A stretch of DNA of 64,000 nucleotides, taken from contig CAWBKB010000001.1 of NCBI GenBank assembly GCA_963789265.1, forward strand, positions 64,001 to 128,000, read 5' to 3'. This stretch comes from an uncultured delta proteobacterium (GTDB taxonomy: Bacteria > Desulfobacterota > Desulfomonilia > Desulfomonilales > Desulfomonilaceae). This document shows positions 52,762 through 62,774 of the stretch, one piece after another (the first letter of the stretch is position 1; every line of letters begins with the position of its first letter). Under the pieces are notes generated by a model. That model saw only the letters and a list, made by a program, of their open reading frames with translations, was not told the origin of the DNA and made no database searches. Position numbers and translations under genes: made by a program.

Positions 52762-54327
52762 ATGGGAATCACCAAGACCTGGGATAGCGAACTGGCCAAA
52801 CTGCAATCCAAGGATTCTGAAGCTCGGCTGGGAGGAGGAGAAGACCGGCTTCAGAAACAGCGGGACATGGGAAAAATGACGGCCAGGGAACGCATTGACC
52901 ACATTTTGGATCCGGATAGCTTCGTCGAACTCAATATGTTGGCCGAACATCAGTGCCGCGATTTTGGCATGGACAGAAAGAAATTTGTCGGTGACGGCGT
53001 GGTAACAGGCTATGGAACTATAGAAGGTCGCAAGATCTACATTTATTCCGAAGACGACACGGTCTTAGGCGGATCCACCGGTAAGGTCCATGGAGCCAAG
53101 ATCCATTACGTTCTGCGGTTGGCGCGCGAGCACATGGTGCCGGTGATCGGGTTAAACGATTCCGCTGGGGCACGCATCCAGGAAGGGATGGACAATGTGT
53201 ACGGTATCACTGGTATGTTTTACCAGAACACTCTCAATTCCGGCATTGTCCCCCAGATCGCTGCCATCATGGGAGCATGCACGGGCGGAGCGGCCTATTC
53301 AGCCGCTTTGTGCGACTTCATCGTTCAAGTAGAAAAAACTTCGCACATGTTCATCACCGGACCTGCTGTGGTCAAGGTGGTGACAGGCGAGAATGTGGCA
53401 TTTGAAGATTTGGGCGGAGCGAAAGTTCATGCCACGAAATCCGGAGTAACCCATCTGACAGCCAAGGACGACCAACAATGCCTCGACCTGATAAAGCGGC
53501 TGCTGTCCTATCTTCCCCAAAACAACCTCGAAAAACCTGAAAAGAAGCCAACGAACGATCCCGTGGATCGAAGCACCTCGGAATTGGTCGAGATCGTTCC
53601 GATCCAAATGTCTCAGACTTATGACATGAAGAAGGTCATTCTGACCATCGTGGACGACAAAGACTTCTTTGAAATTCAACCTGCTTTCGCCAAAAACATA
53701 GTGATCGGCTTTGCCCGCATGGGAGGGCGGACGATCGGCATCGTAGCCAACAACCCCAGGGTTCTAGGCGGTTGTTTGGACATAGATTCCTCTGACAAAG
53801 CATCGCGTTTCATACGGACGTGCGACGTCTTCAATATCCCTATGGTCACTCTCGTAGATGTGCCTGGATTTCTGCCGGGAGTCCACCAGGAGCACGGCGG
53901 CATCATACGCCACGGAGCGAAGCTGCTCCACGCTTGGACCGAGGCCACAGTGCCCAAGATTTCCTGCATCCTCCGAAAAATGTACGGCGGCGCAATCCCG
54001 GCCATGGGAGTACACCAAATCGGCTTCGATCAGGTATTTGCTTGGCCGTGCGCGGAGATGCAGATGCTTGGCGCCGAGCCGTCCGTCAAAATCCTGTACC
54101 GCCGCGAGCTCGGGGAGGCAGAAGATTCAGAGGCGTTTTTGCAGCAGAAGATCGAAGAATATCAAAACCTCTATTTAACGCCTTACCATGCCGCGTCACT
54201 TGCGGTCATCGACGCTGTTATTCATCCCGCGGACACCCGCAAGAGAATCATTTCCGCTTTGGAGATTCTGGAAGACAAGGTCGCCGAAAAAAGGCCGTTT
54301 CGGAAACACACAAATATTCCGCTGTGA
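52762..54327 (+). CDS. Acyl-CoA carboxyltransferase/decarboxylase beta subunit (PccB/MmdA family)
   Basis: GKMTARERI, GDGVVTG, SAGARIQEG, MFITGP, DVPGFLPG, IIRHGAK, KHTNIPL. Confidence 0.92.
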   Translation: MGITKTWDSELAKLQSKDSEARLGGGEDRLQKQRDMGKMTARERIDHILDPDSFVELNMLAEHQCRDFGMDRKKFVGDGVVTGYGTIEGRKIYIYSEDDTVLGGSTGKVHGAKIHYVLRLAREHMVPVIGLNDSAGARIQEGMDNVYGITGMFYQNTLNSGIVPQIAAIMGACTGGAAYSAALCDFIVQVEKTSHMFITGPAVVKVVTGENVAFEDLGGAKVHATKSGVTHLTAKDDQQCLDLIKRLLSYLPQNNLEKPEKKPTNDPVDRSTSELVEIVPIQMSQTYDMKKVILTIVDDKDFFEIQPAFAKNIVIGFARMGGRTIGIVANNPRVLGGCLDIDSSDKASRFIRTCDVFNIPMVTLVDVPGFLPGVHQEHGGIIRHGAKLLHAWTEATVPKISCILRKMYGGAIPAMGVHQIGFDQVFAWPCAEMQMLGAEPSVKILYRRELGEAEDSEAFLQQKIEEYQNLYLTPYHAASLAVIDAVIHPADTRKRIISALEILEDKVAEKRPFRKHTNIPL

Positions 54328-54363
54328 GCTCTGGAAAAGAAGTCACGGGCAAGGTGGAGACGT

Positions 54364-56031
54364 ATGGACAAGATTAGGGAAAAACTGGCGTTTTGGGAGG
54401 AGTCCACATTGAAAAAAGCTGTGGACGGCTCCGGTGAAAAGAAAGAGATCTTCACTACAGACAGCGGGATCCCGGTCAAGAATTTGTATACGCCCCTGGA
54501 CTTGGAAGGTATGGACTACAACCAAGACTTAAGTTTTCCCGGAGACTATCCCTACACTCGAGGGGTCTATCCTTCGATGTATAGGGGCCGCCTCTGGACC
54601 ATGAGGCAATACGCGGGCTTTGGAACAGCCGAAGAAACGAACAAAAGATTCCGTTATCTTCTGAACCAAGGGTCCACGGGCTTGTCCATGGCTTTCGATC
54701 TGCCCACTCAACTCGGATATGACTCGACCGACCCCTTGGCAGAAGGCTCTGTAGGCCGGGTAGGCGTTGCCGTAGACACTCTGGCGGATATGGAAACGAT
54801 ATTTCAAGGCATTCCTTTGGATAAGGTGTCTACGTCGATGACCATAAACGCCACTGCTCCGATTCTTTTGGCCATGTACATTGCAGTTGGGGAAAAACAG
54901 GGTGTGTCGCGGAATCAGTTGATGGGAACTACCCAAAACGACATTCTCAAGGAATTCATTGCACGAGGAGCATACATCTTTCCGCCCGAGCCAAGTCTCA
55001 GATTGACGCTGGATATCATCGAGTATTGTTTTCAGCACGTTCCAAGGTGGAACACGCTCAATATCGCCGGGTATCACATCCGAGAAGCGGGTGCTAGTGC
55101 AGTTCAGGAGCTAGCTTTCACACTGGCCGATGCCATCACGTATATCGAAAAAGCGCAGGAGAGAGGGCTGGAGGTTGACGATTTTGCCCCGAGGCTCTCG
55201 TATAGCCTGGGCTGTTATCGAGATTTGTTTGAAGAGGTAGCGAAATTTAGGGCTGCCAGACGTCTATTTGCCAAAATCATGAAAGACCGCTTTGGAGCCA
55301 AAGACCCGAGGAGCTGCCTCTTCCGGACGTTCAGTGGCTCCTGCGGCTCCACGCTTGTCTCCCAACAGCCAATAAATAACATTGTCAGGGTTACCATGCA
55401 CGCCCTCATGTCGATTCTCGGCGGACATCAGGCTATTCACACTGCCTGTTGGGATGAGGGTTACGCAATCCCCAGCCAGGATTCCGCAACGATTGCACTG
55501 AGGACACAGCAGATACTTGCCTACGAATCCGGCTTGACTAGCACAATCGACCCGTTAGGGGGCTCCTACTACGTGGAAGCGCTGACCAACGAAATCGAAG
55601 AGAAAAGCCAGGAGTATCTGGACAAAATCGACAATATGGGTGGAATGCTCTCGGCCATCGAGGACGGTTACATTCAACGGGAGATCCAGGAATCCAGCGT
55701 TCGGTCTCAACAAGAGATCTATAGCGGTGAGAAAGTCTTTGTAGGGGTGAACAAGTTTAGGGACTCCGAAGAAGCGACGGAAGACCATGATTTCTTTGAA
55801 CTGGATTCCGGTGTGGAGGATCGGCAGAAAGCCAAACTCGTCCAGCTCAGGGCCGAACGGAGCACTGCGAAAGTGGGGGCTGCGCTTACGGCCCTCAATG
55901 AAGCCGTCGACCGCAAAGAAAACCTCATGCCTTTCATACTGGAAGCGGTCAGGAGCTATGCCACGGTAGGAGAGATTTGCGGGCTCATGCGGGAAGCCTG
56001 GGGCGAGTTTAAGGCCCCGATTTACATCTAA
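54364..56031 (+). CDS. B12-dependent acyl-CoA mutase, large (substrate-binding) subunit
   Basis: PYTRG.YP.MY, WTMRQYAGFG, AFDLPTQ, QNDILKE, GYHIREAG, DPLGGSY. Confidence 0.93.
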   Translation: MDKIREKLAFWEESTLKKAVDGSGEKKEIFTTDSGIPVKNLYTPLDLEGMDYNQDLSFPGDYPYTRGVYPSMYRGRLWTMRQYAGFGTAEETNKRFRYLLNQGSTGLSMAFDLPTQLGYDSTDPLAEGSVGRVGVAVDTLADMETIFQGIPLDKVSTSMTINATAPILLAMYIAVGEKQGVSRNQLMGTTQNDILKEFIARGAYIFPPEPSLRLTLDIIEYCFQHVPRWNTLNIAGYHIREAGASAVQELAFTLADAITYIEKAQERGLEVDDFAPRLSYSLGCYRDLFEEVAKFRAARRLFAKIMKDRFGAKDPRSCLFRTFSGSCGSTLVSQQPINNIVRVTMHALMSILGGHQAIHTACWDEGYAIPSQDSATIALRTQQILAYESGLTSTIDPLGGSYYVEALTNEIEEKSQEYLDKIDNMGGMLSAIEDGYIQREIQESSVRSQQEIYSGEKVFVGVNKFRDSEEATEDHDFFELDSGVEDRQKAKLVQLRAERSTAKVGAALTALNEAVDRKENLMPFILEAVRSYATVGEICGLMREAWGEFKAPIYI

Positions 56032-56059
56032 AGATTTGAGACGTCGAAAGGTCGCTCCT

Positions 56060-56449
56060 GTGGAACGAAAGATTCGAGTGTTGCTCGGTAAGGTCGGACT
56101 GGATTCTCATGACCGCGGTATCAAGATTGTGGCCCGTTTCCTACGCGATGCCGGCATGGAAGTCATATATGTCGGGCTACGGACCAAGGTGGAGGAGCTG
56201 GTCAATGCAGCAGTTCAAGAGGATGTCGATGTGGTAGGCCTGAGTTTCTTAGCCGGTGACCACATGGTTCTGGTGCCCAAGGTGCTAACCGGTTTGAAAG
56301 ACAAAGGGAAAAACGATGCTCTGGTCCTTGTGGGCGGCATCATCCCGAAAAAGCACATACCGGACCTGTTGGCGTTAGGAGTGACAAAGGTCTTCTTGTC
56401 GGGAAGGCCCCCGACGGAGATCGTTGAGTGCATACAGGAGCATGTTTGA
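56060..56449 (+). CDS. Cobalamin-binding small subunit of the mutase
   Basis: GLDSHDRG (DxHxxG), GMEVIY.G, VGGII. Confidence 0.92.
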   Translation: MERKIRVLLGKVGLDSHDRGIKIVARFLRDAGMEVIYVGLRTKVEELVNAAVQEDVDVVGLSFLAGDHMVLVPKVLTGLKDKGKNDALVLVGGIIPKKHIPDLLALGVTKVFLSGRPPTEIVECIQEHV

Positions 56450-56564
56450 TGCCGTACGCCCAGTCGCGGGGGCATGACTTTGTGGCCTCGCAAACCATCA
56501 CTCAGTCTCTGACCATCACAGTACTTTTACACAGTCCAGAATTGGAAAGGGAGGAAAAACAAGG

Positions 56565-57494
56565 ATGATCATCGACGTTCACAGACACTTGGTGGCGAAA
56601 GACACCGTGCAAGGGGCTTACATAAAAGGGGCTTCCTTGAGCTTCAGCATGATGTATCGCAAAGCACACAATCTCGATATCAGCCCCCGAGACTTTGTGG
56701 AGAAGGTAGTCCGGCCACTTCTTGACCCTCAGGGTGACAAGGTCATCGAAGAGATGGACGCTGCCGGCGTGGACATGACCGTGATTTTTCCGGTGGATTA
56801 CGGATTGATCTTCGGCGAGGCGCCCATGCACATATTCGATCAGAACAAATTGTATGCCGAGACGGCTAAGAGGCACGAAGGTCGCCTGATGGCCTTCATG
56901 GCAATCGATCCTCGCCGCAAAGGGGCCCTGAAGCACTGCGAACAGGCTTACCATGAATGGGGAATGAAAGGCTTCAAGCTTCACGCCGGAGTCGGCTACA
57001 TGCCAGACGATCCCGTCTGTTACTGGGTTTACGAAAAAGCGGCGCAATGGAACATACCGGTCATGTGCCACACAGGAGGCGCACCTTCGGTGGGCCTTCA
57101 CTGGGAGAATTCACGGCCGTCCTTTTTCGCAACGGCCGCTTCACGATTTCCTGAAGTAGATTTCATTTTTGCGCATGCCGGCGACCTGGCTTGGTGGCAT
57201 GAGGCCATGCAAGCCGCGGTTTGGCTTCCGAACGTCTATCTGGATCTGTCGCTGTGGCAGAAACCATTTAAGAAAATGCCGCCCGAAAAGTTCTATCAAT
57301 GGCTGCGCCACATGGTCGACATGACCGGGCCTGAGAAGCTTCTGTTTGCGACCGATGCACCTTATCCAAACCTTTTCTATCCTCTGAAGGACTGGGTGAA
57401 AGTCTTCAGCAGCCCCAACGGGGACGTCAAGTTTTCTGGAGAGGAAATGAAGCTGATCCTCGGTGAGGCGGCCCGCAAGGTCCTCAGGCTGTAG
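56565..57494 (+). CDS. Amidohydrolase_2 family protein
   Basis: IIDVHRH, EMDAAGVD, GFKLH, CHTG, AHAG, LFATDAP. Confidence 0.88.
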   Translation: MIIDVHRHLVAKDTVQGAYIKGASLSFSMMYRKAHNLDISPRDFVEKVVRPLLDPQGDKVIEEMDAAGVDMTVIFPVDYGLIFGEAPMHIFDQNKLYAETAKRHEGRLMAFMAIDPRRKGALKHCEQAYHEWGMKGFKLHAGVGYMPDDPVCYWVYEKAAQWNIPVMCHTGGAPSVGLHWENSRPSFFATAASRFPEVDFIFAHAGDLAWWHEAMQAAVWLPNVYLDLSLWQKPFKKMPPEKFYQWLRHMVDMTGPEKLLFATDAPYPNLFYPLKDWVKVFSSPNGDVKFSGEEMKLILGEAARKVLRL

Positions 57495-57506
57495 AGAGGG
57501 ATTTTC

Positions 57507-58178
57507 ATGCCCGACATCATAGACGTCATCACGAGCAGAAAGAGTATTCGCCGGTACAAAGCCGACGCTGTGCCGGACGATATGATCGACAGGATCCTCG
57601 AGGCGGCCAGATGGGCACCGACAGGAGAGAACTATCAACCTTGGCGATTCATCGTGGTCCGGGACCCGGAGACGAAGAACAAAATAGGCGATTTGGCGAA
57701 GATTGGGAGCGGCTCCCGGATGACCGCTTGGTATTGTCAAGGCCACATGCAAAAGAGGTTCGAAAAGATTCAGGATCCTCAAAAAAGAGCCGAAGTCCTG
57801 CGGCTCATGTATTCGGGACAAGTCTCGGAGTTTGCCAAGCAGGCGCCCGTGGTGATCGCAGTGATCGGCAGCCTGATGGAAGGCTCGGTCGATGTGCCCT
57901 ACGACCTTTCGGCCGCCATTGAAAACATGCTTTTGGAGGCACACTCTTTAGGCTTGGGCGCCTGCTGGGTGCACGGCCCTGTGGCCACCACAAGAGACGC
58001 TAAGAAATTTAAAGAGATACTTGGGATTCCCACGGGAATGGGAGAATACAAGGTCATTGCCTACGTAGCGTTTGGCTGGCCGGCTGAACAGCGAAGACAT
58101 CCAAGGCCGAAAAAGGAACTACAGGATATCGTTTATTGGGAGAAGTTCGGCCGGAGAGAGAGGCCGCAGTATGGATAA
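57507..58178 (+). CDS. Nitroreductase family protein
   Basis: RKSIRRY, AARWAPTGENYQPWRF, ENMLLEAHSLGLGACW, GWP. Confidence 0.92.
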   Translation: MPDIIDVITSRKSIRRYKADAVPDDMIDRILEAARWAPTGENYQPWRFIVVRDPETKNKIGDLAKIGSGSRMTAWYCQGHMQKRFEKIQDPQKRAEVLRLMYSGQVSEFAKQAPVVIAVIGSLMEGSVDVPYDLSAAIENMLLEAHSLGLGACWVHGPVATTRDAKKFKEILGIPTGMGEYKVIAYVAFGWPAEQRRHPRPKKELQDIVYWEKFGRRERPQYG

Positions 58179-58652
58179 TACACAATACTATAATGAACTC
58201 CTTTACCGGCTGGAAAACTCTTCTACCACGAACTGTCGGATTGTGCCCCGTGGAAAACCGAATACATAGGCATTGACTTCATTCAGGCCAAGAATGTCAG
58301 CGGAACCACTGAGGATGACATCATCTCAGCTTGCATCACGGAAATCGTCGGTGCTGACCTGGTCAAAGTCATGTCCTACTCCATCGAGGGGCGCGGCATT
58401 CTCCTTAAACTGAAGATCCAAGGGTGCAGGCACCTGCCAAAAGAAACTATGCTGCGGAGAAGCGGCATCAAACCTTACAATTGTCCGATCACCAACATGA
58501 TTTTGGATCAACTCATAGAGAAGTTAAGTTACACCACCACGTATTTGGCTGACCTGAGCGTTGATGAGGAAAGCGGGGAATGCAGCATCAGGGCCGCAAT
58601 TTATGCAACTCCGGACCAAATAGGAGTAGTGTCTGACTGGTCGAAAGTATAA
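58171..58652 (+). CDS. Hypothetical protein, possibly V4R-like metal/ligand-binding fold (frameshift near 58215)
   Basis: ATG overlaps the nitroreductase stop; open frame 58217-58652 with GCRH, NCP and a distal C. Confidence 0.55.
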
Positions 58653-58849
58653 CTCCTCTTAGCTGGGTCCATCTTCACCAAAGTATGTGCTGGACTTCGG
58701 CCTCTATCACCAACAATCAGGCGAGTGGAGCACAAATGGCAACACCACTCTGCCCGCCGACAGGGATGGACCGCGTGCCGCATGGCTGGGTAGGCTTTTT
58801 GAAGTGAACTAAATCCTGATCCCAAGAATCACAGAGAGGAGGATACAAC

Positions 58850-60517
58850 ATGGCCCTATTGGCGGGATGTCGGCCCTATGAAAAAGAAGATGCCGAGTTA
58901 TATGTTCGCCGTCGGTGGTGGCCGGGACTGACGTTCGGCGATCTCCTGGATAGAGCCGCGGACATATATCCGGAAAGATTGGCGGTGGTGGATGGTCAAA
59001 GGCGCCTCACCTACAGTGAATTGAGAGACACCGCCGATAGGCTGGCCATCGCGTTGCTGAACTTAGGGATAGAGCCTCTGGACCGGGTCCTGGTGCAACT
59101 GCCCAACTGGCATGAATTTGCCTTCATCTATTTCGCTCTGCAAAAGATCGGTGCGATTCCTGTCATATTGATAGATCGATATCGGCAATACGAAGCAAAC
59201 CATCTCTGTAAGGTCGTGCAGGCATCCGCATGGATAGCTCCCGAAGCTGTAGGCAAGGTCGATTATCGCTCCGTCATACATGATGTGTTGAAGAATAATC
59301 CGCAAACCAGGCACGTCATTATGGTTCGGGCCAGTGAGACCTGCTCTTATCACAGGCTGGAGGACTTAATAGCTCCGGTGGTCCGAACCAAGGAGAGCAT
59401 TCGGAGGTTGGACGCTCTCCGGCCGGATCCCGCCCAGGTAGCACACATGGGCCCCACCGGAGGCAGCACCGGCATCCCCAAGGTCGCTCCTCGCACGCAC
59501 AATGATCTCATCTGCAACACTAAGTACTGCGCCGCAGCGTGGGAACTGACTGTTCACGACCGAACCCTGCTGGCAAGCCCCATAGGGCACGACCTGACGT
59601 TTACAAAAGGCTTCTTGGGTGCCATGACTACGTACGGGCAAGCAGTCATGCTCGACTCAACGGACCCCGAGCGCATCTGTGCTACCATTGAGAATGAAAA
59701 AGTGACGGCGGTTGTCTGGGTGCCAACGCTGGCAGCACGGCTTCTCGATTATGACCGGTTGAAAGAGTATGACCTCAGTTCCTTGAAAAAGATGCACTGC
59801 GGCGGGGGAAAAAGCCAGCCCGAACTTATCAGAGGGGTGTGGGAGACATTGAACTGCATTTACTTTAATGCTTGCGGCTCCACTGAGGGACTGACTTGCA
59901 TTACTCGGCCCCATTACGATCTGGACCGAGTGTGCCGGACTGTGGGGCGACCGACCTGCCCGTATGATGTCTACAAAGTAGTCGATCTGGAGGGCAATGA
60001 AGTGGGGTCCAATGCCAAGGGCGAACTGCTCATCAAAGGCCCGGGGATTTTCACCGGTTACTACAACAATCCGGAAGAGAATGAGATCGCCTTCACGGCC
60101 GATGGTTTTTTCCGCACCGGTGATCGGGCCGTGATTGACGATAATGGAGACGTTACCCTCTCGGGCCGACTGAAGGATACTATCAAGAGAGGTGGGGAAA
60201 GCATTAGTGCGCCGGAGATAGAAACTTTGATCGGTGGGCACCCCGATGTAGTACTCGTAGCCGTTGTAGCAATGCCGGATACACAGATGGGCGAACGGGT
60301 GTGCGCTTATATTCAGCCTCGGACCGGAGCGAAACTGGATTTCACAACGGTCATCTCATACCTGCGGAGCTTGGGAGCCTCAGTCCTGCAGCTTCCCGAG
60401 AGAATCGAATTCGTCGACAAAATGCCTCTGACCCAGTCGGAAAAAGTGGATAAGCGTAGCTTGCGGGAGGATATCGAGAGGAAACTTTCCACGAACATAC
60501 CGCAAGGCGGCCGGTAA
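58850..60517 (+). CDS. Aryl-acid adenylating enzyme (DhbE/EntE-like AMP ligase)
   Basis: QLPN, TGGSTGIPK..PRTHND, P.GHD, STEG, GFFRTGD, RGGE.I, LPERI. Confidence 0.85.
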   Translation: MALLAGCRPYEKEDAELYVRRRWWPGLTFGDLLDRAADIYPERLAVVDGQRRLTYSELRDTADRLAIALLNLGIEPLDRVLVQLPNWHEFAFIYFALQKIGAIPVILIDRYRQYEANHLCKVVQASAWIAPEAVGKVDYRSVIHDVLKNNPQTRHVIMVRASETCSYHRLEDLIAPVVRTKESIRRLDALRPDPAQVAHMGPTGGSTGIPKVAPRTHNDLICNTKYCAAAWELTVHDRTLLASPIGHDLTFTKGFLGAMTTYGQAVMLDSTDPERICATIENEKVTAVVWVPTLAARLLDYDRLKEYDLSSLKKMHCGGGKSQPELIRGVWETLNCIYFNACGSTEGLTCITRPHYDLDRVCRTVGRPTCPYDVYKVVDLEGNEVGSNAKGELLIKGPGIFTGYYNNPEENEIAFTADGFFRTGDRAVIDDNGDVTLSGRLKDTIKRGGESISAPEIETLIGGHPDVVLVAVVAMPDTQMGERVCAYIQPRTGAKLDFTTVISYLRSLGASVLQLPERIEFVDKMPLTQSEKVDKRSLREDIERKLSTNIPQGGR

Positions 60518-60580
60518 GTGTGGCCAGGTGACCTCCAACATTGATCTCCGTTTTGCCGTTTAGAGGAGTATAGAACGACC

Positions 60581-60716
60581 ATGTTCTTGCAGTAACTGAT
60601 CAACGGCATCATGCTTGGAAGCACCTATTCAGTAGTGGCTATCGGCTACGCTCTTATCTTCCGGGCGCTCAGCGTCCTCCATTTTGCTCATGGTGAAGTC
60701 TTCATGCTCGGCGCCA
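60581..60716 (+). pseudogene. LivH-like permease 5' fragment
   Basis: MFLQ*LINGIMLGSTYSVVAIGYALIF...LHFAHGEVFMLGA, then homology ends. Confidence 0.7.
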
Positions 60717-60941
60717 TCAACAAGTGGAGAGCGAAAGCGACCTGTTTGCAACGCGCGCCAAGTCCTTTGTGTTGCACAGTGTTGCCACCGACTGTGACGA
60801 ACCGTGGGAGCATGAAGACCGGAATGATATGCCCTGGAACGTTCCACGGGCAGGTGCGTGGGTTGTCCTTGTTTGGGCAGCCGCAGGCATCGAGCGACCC
60901 CGGCCTGGATCATTGGCCGTTACAAGGGAGAGCCAACCGTT

Positions 60942-62747
60942 ATGGCAGATAAGTTCGTCAGTCAGCGAAACATGGAGTTTATGGTTCATGAGGTTCTGAA
61001 TACCGAGGGCCTGACCCAATATTCGTACTTCGAGGACCACGGTCGCGAAGCCTTCGATCTGGTTTTGGACACTGCCGTGAAGATCGCCCAGGGGCTGCTC
61101 AGGCCGAGCCTTAAGATAATGGACCAGGATCCGCCGAAACTGGTTAACGGTCGAGTGAGAGTGCAGGCTATCGTGAGAGACTTCATGAAAGAATTCGGCG
61201 AAGGGGGATGGATATCCGCCACGGCGCCGTACGAGCTTGAAGGACAACAACTGCCCCAGGTCATGAAGGCTTCTTCTTCGTTTATCTTCGCCGCGGCCAA
61301 TTATTCAGCCAGCGTTTACCCGATGCTGACCACAGGCGCGGCCCATCTAATCGAATCCTTTGGCTCTGAAGAGTTGAAACGGACATATATTCCCAAAATG
61401 TTCTCAGGCGAGTGGCAGGGAACAATGGCCATGACGGAGCCCCAAGCAGGTAGTTCCCTTTCAGATATCATTACCCAGGCCGAACCCACCCCTGATGGCT
61501 ATTACAAAATTTGGGGTCAGAAGATATTCATTTCGGCTGGTGACCACGACGGTGTGGACAATGTTGTCAATCTTATGCTTGCCAAAATTAAAGGAGCTCC
61601 GCCAGGAGTCAAAGGTATCTCGTTGTTCGTAGTCCCCAGGCTGCGTCCCGACAAGAACGGCGGTTTGGAACCCAATGACGTTAACATAGCCGGGATTTTC
61701 CACAAATTGGGCTATCGCGGCTGTCCTATTACTCAGCTCAGTCTGGGCGAGAGCGGCGACTGTCGCGGTTGGTTGGTCGGAGTACCTCACCAGGGCCTGG
61801 CCTATATGTTTCAAATGATGAATGAAGCCCGCATAGAAGTAGGAATCGGCGCGGCGGGCATCGCTTCAGCCGCTTACTATGCTGCTCTTGAGTATGCCAA
61901 AGCAAGGCCTCAAGGCCGTAAGCCTGGGACCAAAAACCCGTCGTTGCCTCCCGTTCCCATCATTCAACATGCCGACGTCAAACGCATGCTGCTTTTTCAA
62001 AGGGCCGTAGTCGAGGGCTCTCTTGCCCTTCTCCTCCAATGTGCATTGTATTCCGATTACACAAAGGTCACTGAGGGGCAAGAGCGGGAGAAGTACGGTC
62101 AACTCTTGGATCTATTGACACCAATAGCCAAGACCTATCCGTCGGAAATGGGCATTCTCTCCTGTAGCCAGGGCCTCCAGGTCCTGGGGGGATACGGATA
62201 TTGCGATGAATTTCCCTTGGAACAATTCTATCGCGATTGCCGGATTCATCCTATTCACGAAGGGACCACGGGCATCCACGGTCTGGATCTTCTGGGTCGA
62301 AAAATAGTGATGAAGAACGGGCAGGCCTATCAGAGCTATTTAAGAGAAGTCCAGCAGACAATCCAATTGAGCAGGAGCAACCCGCTGATCGAGCCCTACG
62401 CCATCCGGCTTGACCAAACCATACTTAGACTCGAAGACGTCACACACCATCTCCTTGAAATCTCTAGAAACCATGGACCAGAACTCTTTTTAGCGGATTC
62501 GACTCTTTATCTGGAAGTTTTTGGGATCATTGCCGTCGCTTGGCAGTGGCTTGTCATGGGACTGGCAGCGTCCAAGGCATTAGATCAGGCGCCGTCCGAA
62601 GTGGAAGCCTCCTTCTATGAGGGAAAGCTTCAGACGATGAAATACTTTTTTCATTACGAACTTGTGAAATCACACGGGCTTTTTGAGCGGCTTTTGAATG
62701 GGGATGGCCTGACCGTAGAAACCAATGAAAACCATTTCATGGACTGA
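60942..62747 (+). CDS. Long-type acyl-CoA dehydrogenase
   Basis: GTMAMTEPQAGS, GQKIFIS.GDHD, GISLF.VP, MFQMMNEAR, LGGYGY, IHEGTTGI. Confidence 0.92.
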   Translation: MADKFVSQRNMEFMVHEVLNTEGLTQYSYFEDHGREAFDLVLDTAVKIAQGLLRPSLKIMDQDPPKLVNGRVRVQAIVRDFMKEFGEGGWISATAPYELEGQQLPQVMKASSSFIFAAANYSASVYPMLTTGAAHLIESFGSEELKRTYIPKMFSGEWQGTMAMTEPQAGSSLSDIITQAEPTPDGYYKIWGQKIFISAGDHDGVDNVVNLMLAKIKGAPPGVKGISLFVVPRLRPDKNGGLEPNDVNIAGIFHKLGYRGCPITQLSLGESGDCRGWLVGVPHQGLAYMFQMMNEARIEVGIGAAGIASAAYYAALEYAKARPQGRKPGTKNPSLPPVPIIQHADVKRMLLFQRAVVEGSLALLLQCALYSDYTKVTEGQEREKYGQLLDLLTPIAKTYPSEMGILSCSQGLQVLGGYGYCDEFPLEQFYRDCRIHPIHEGTTGIHGLDLLGRKIVMKNGQAYQSYLREVQQTIQLSRSNPLIEPYAIRLDQTILRLEDVTHHLLEISRNHGPELFLADSTLYLEVFGIIAVAWQWLVMGLAASKALDQAPSEVEASFYEGKLQTMKYFFHYELVKSHGLFERLLNGDGLTVETNENHFMD

Positions 62748-62774
62748 GACTCACCTTCCTTTGACGGAGGCTTC

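Noticed and set aside
58850..60517. Siderophore/NRPS biosynthetic cluster
   Set aside because: No isochorismate genes, carrier protein, condensation domain or TonB receptor nearby.
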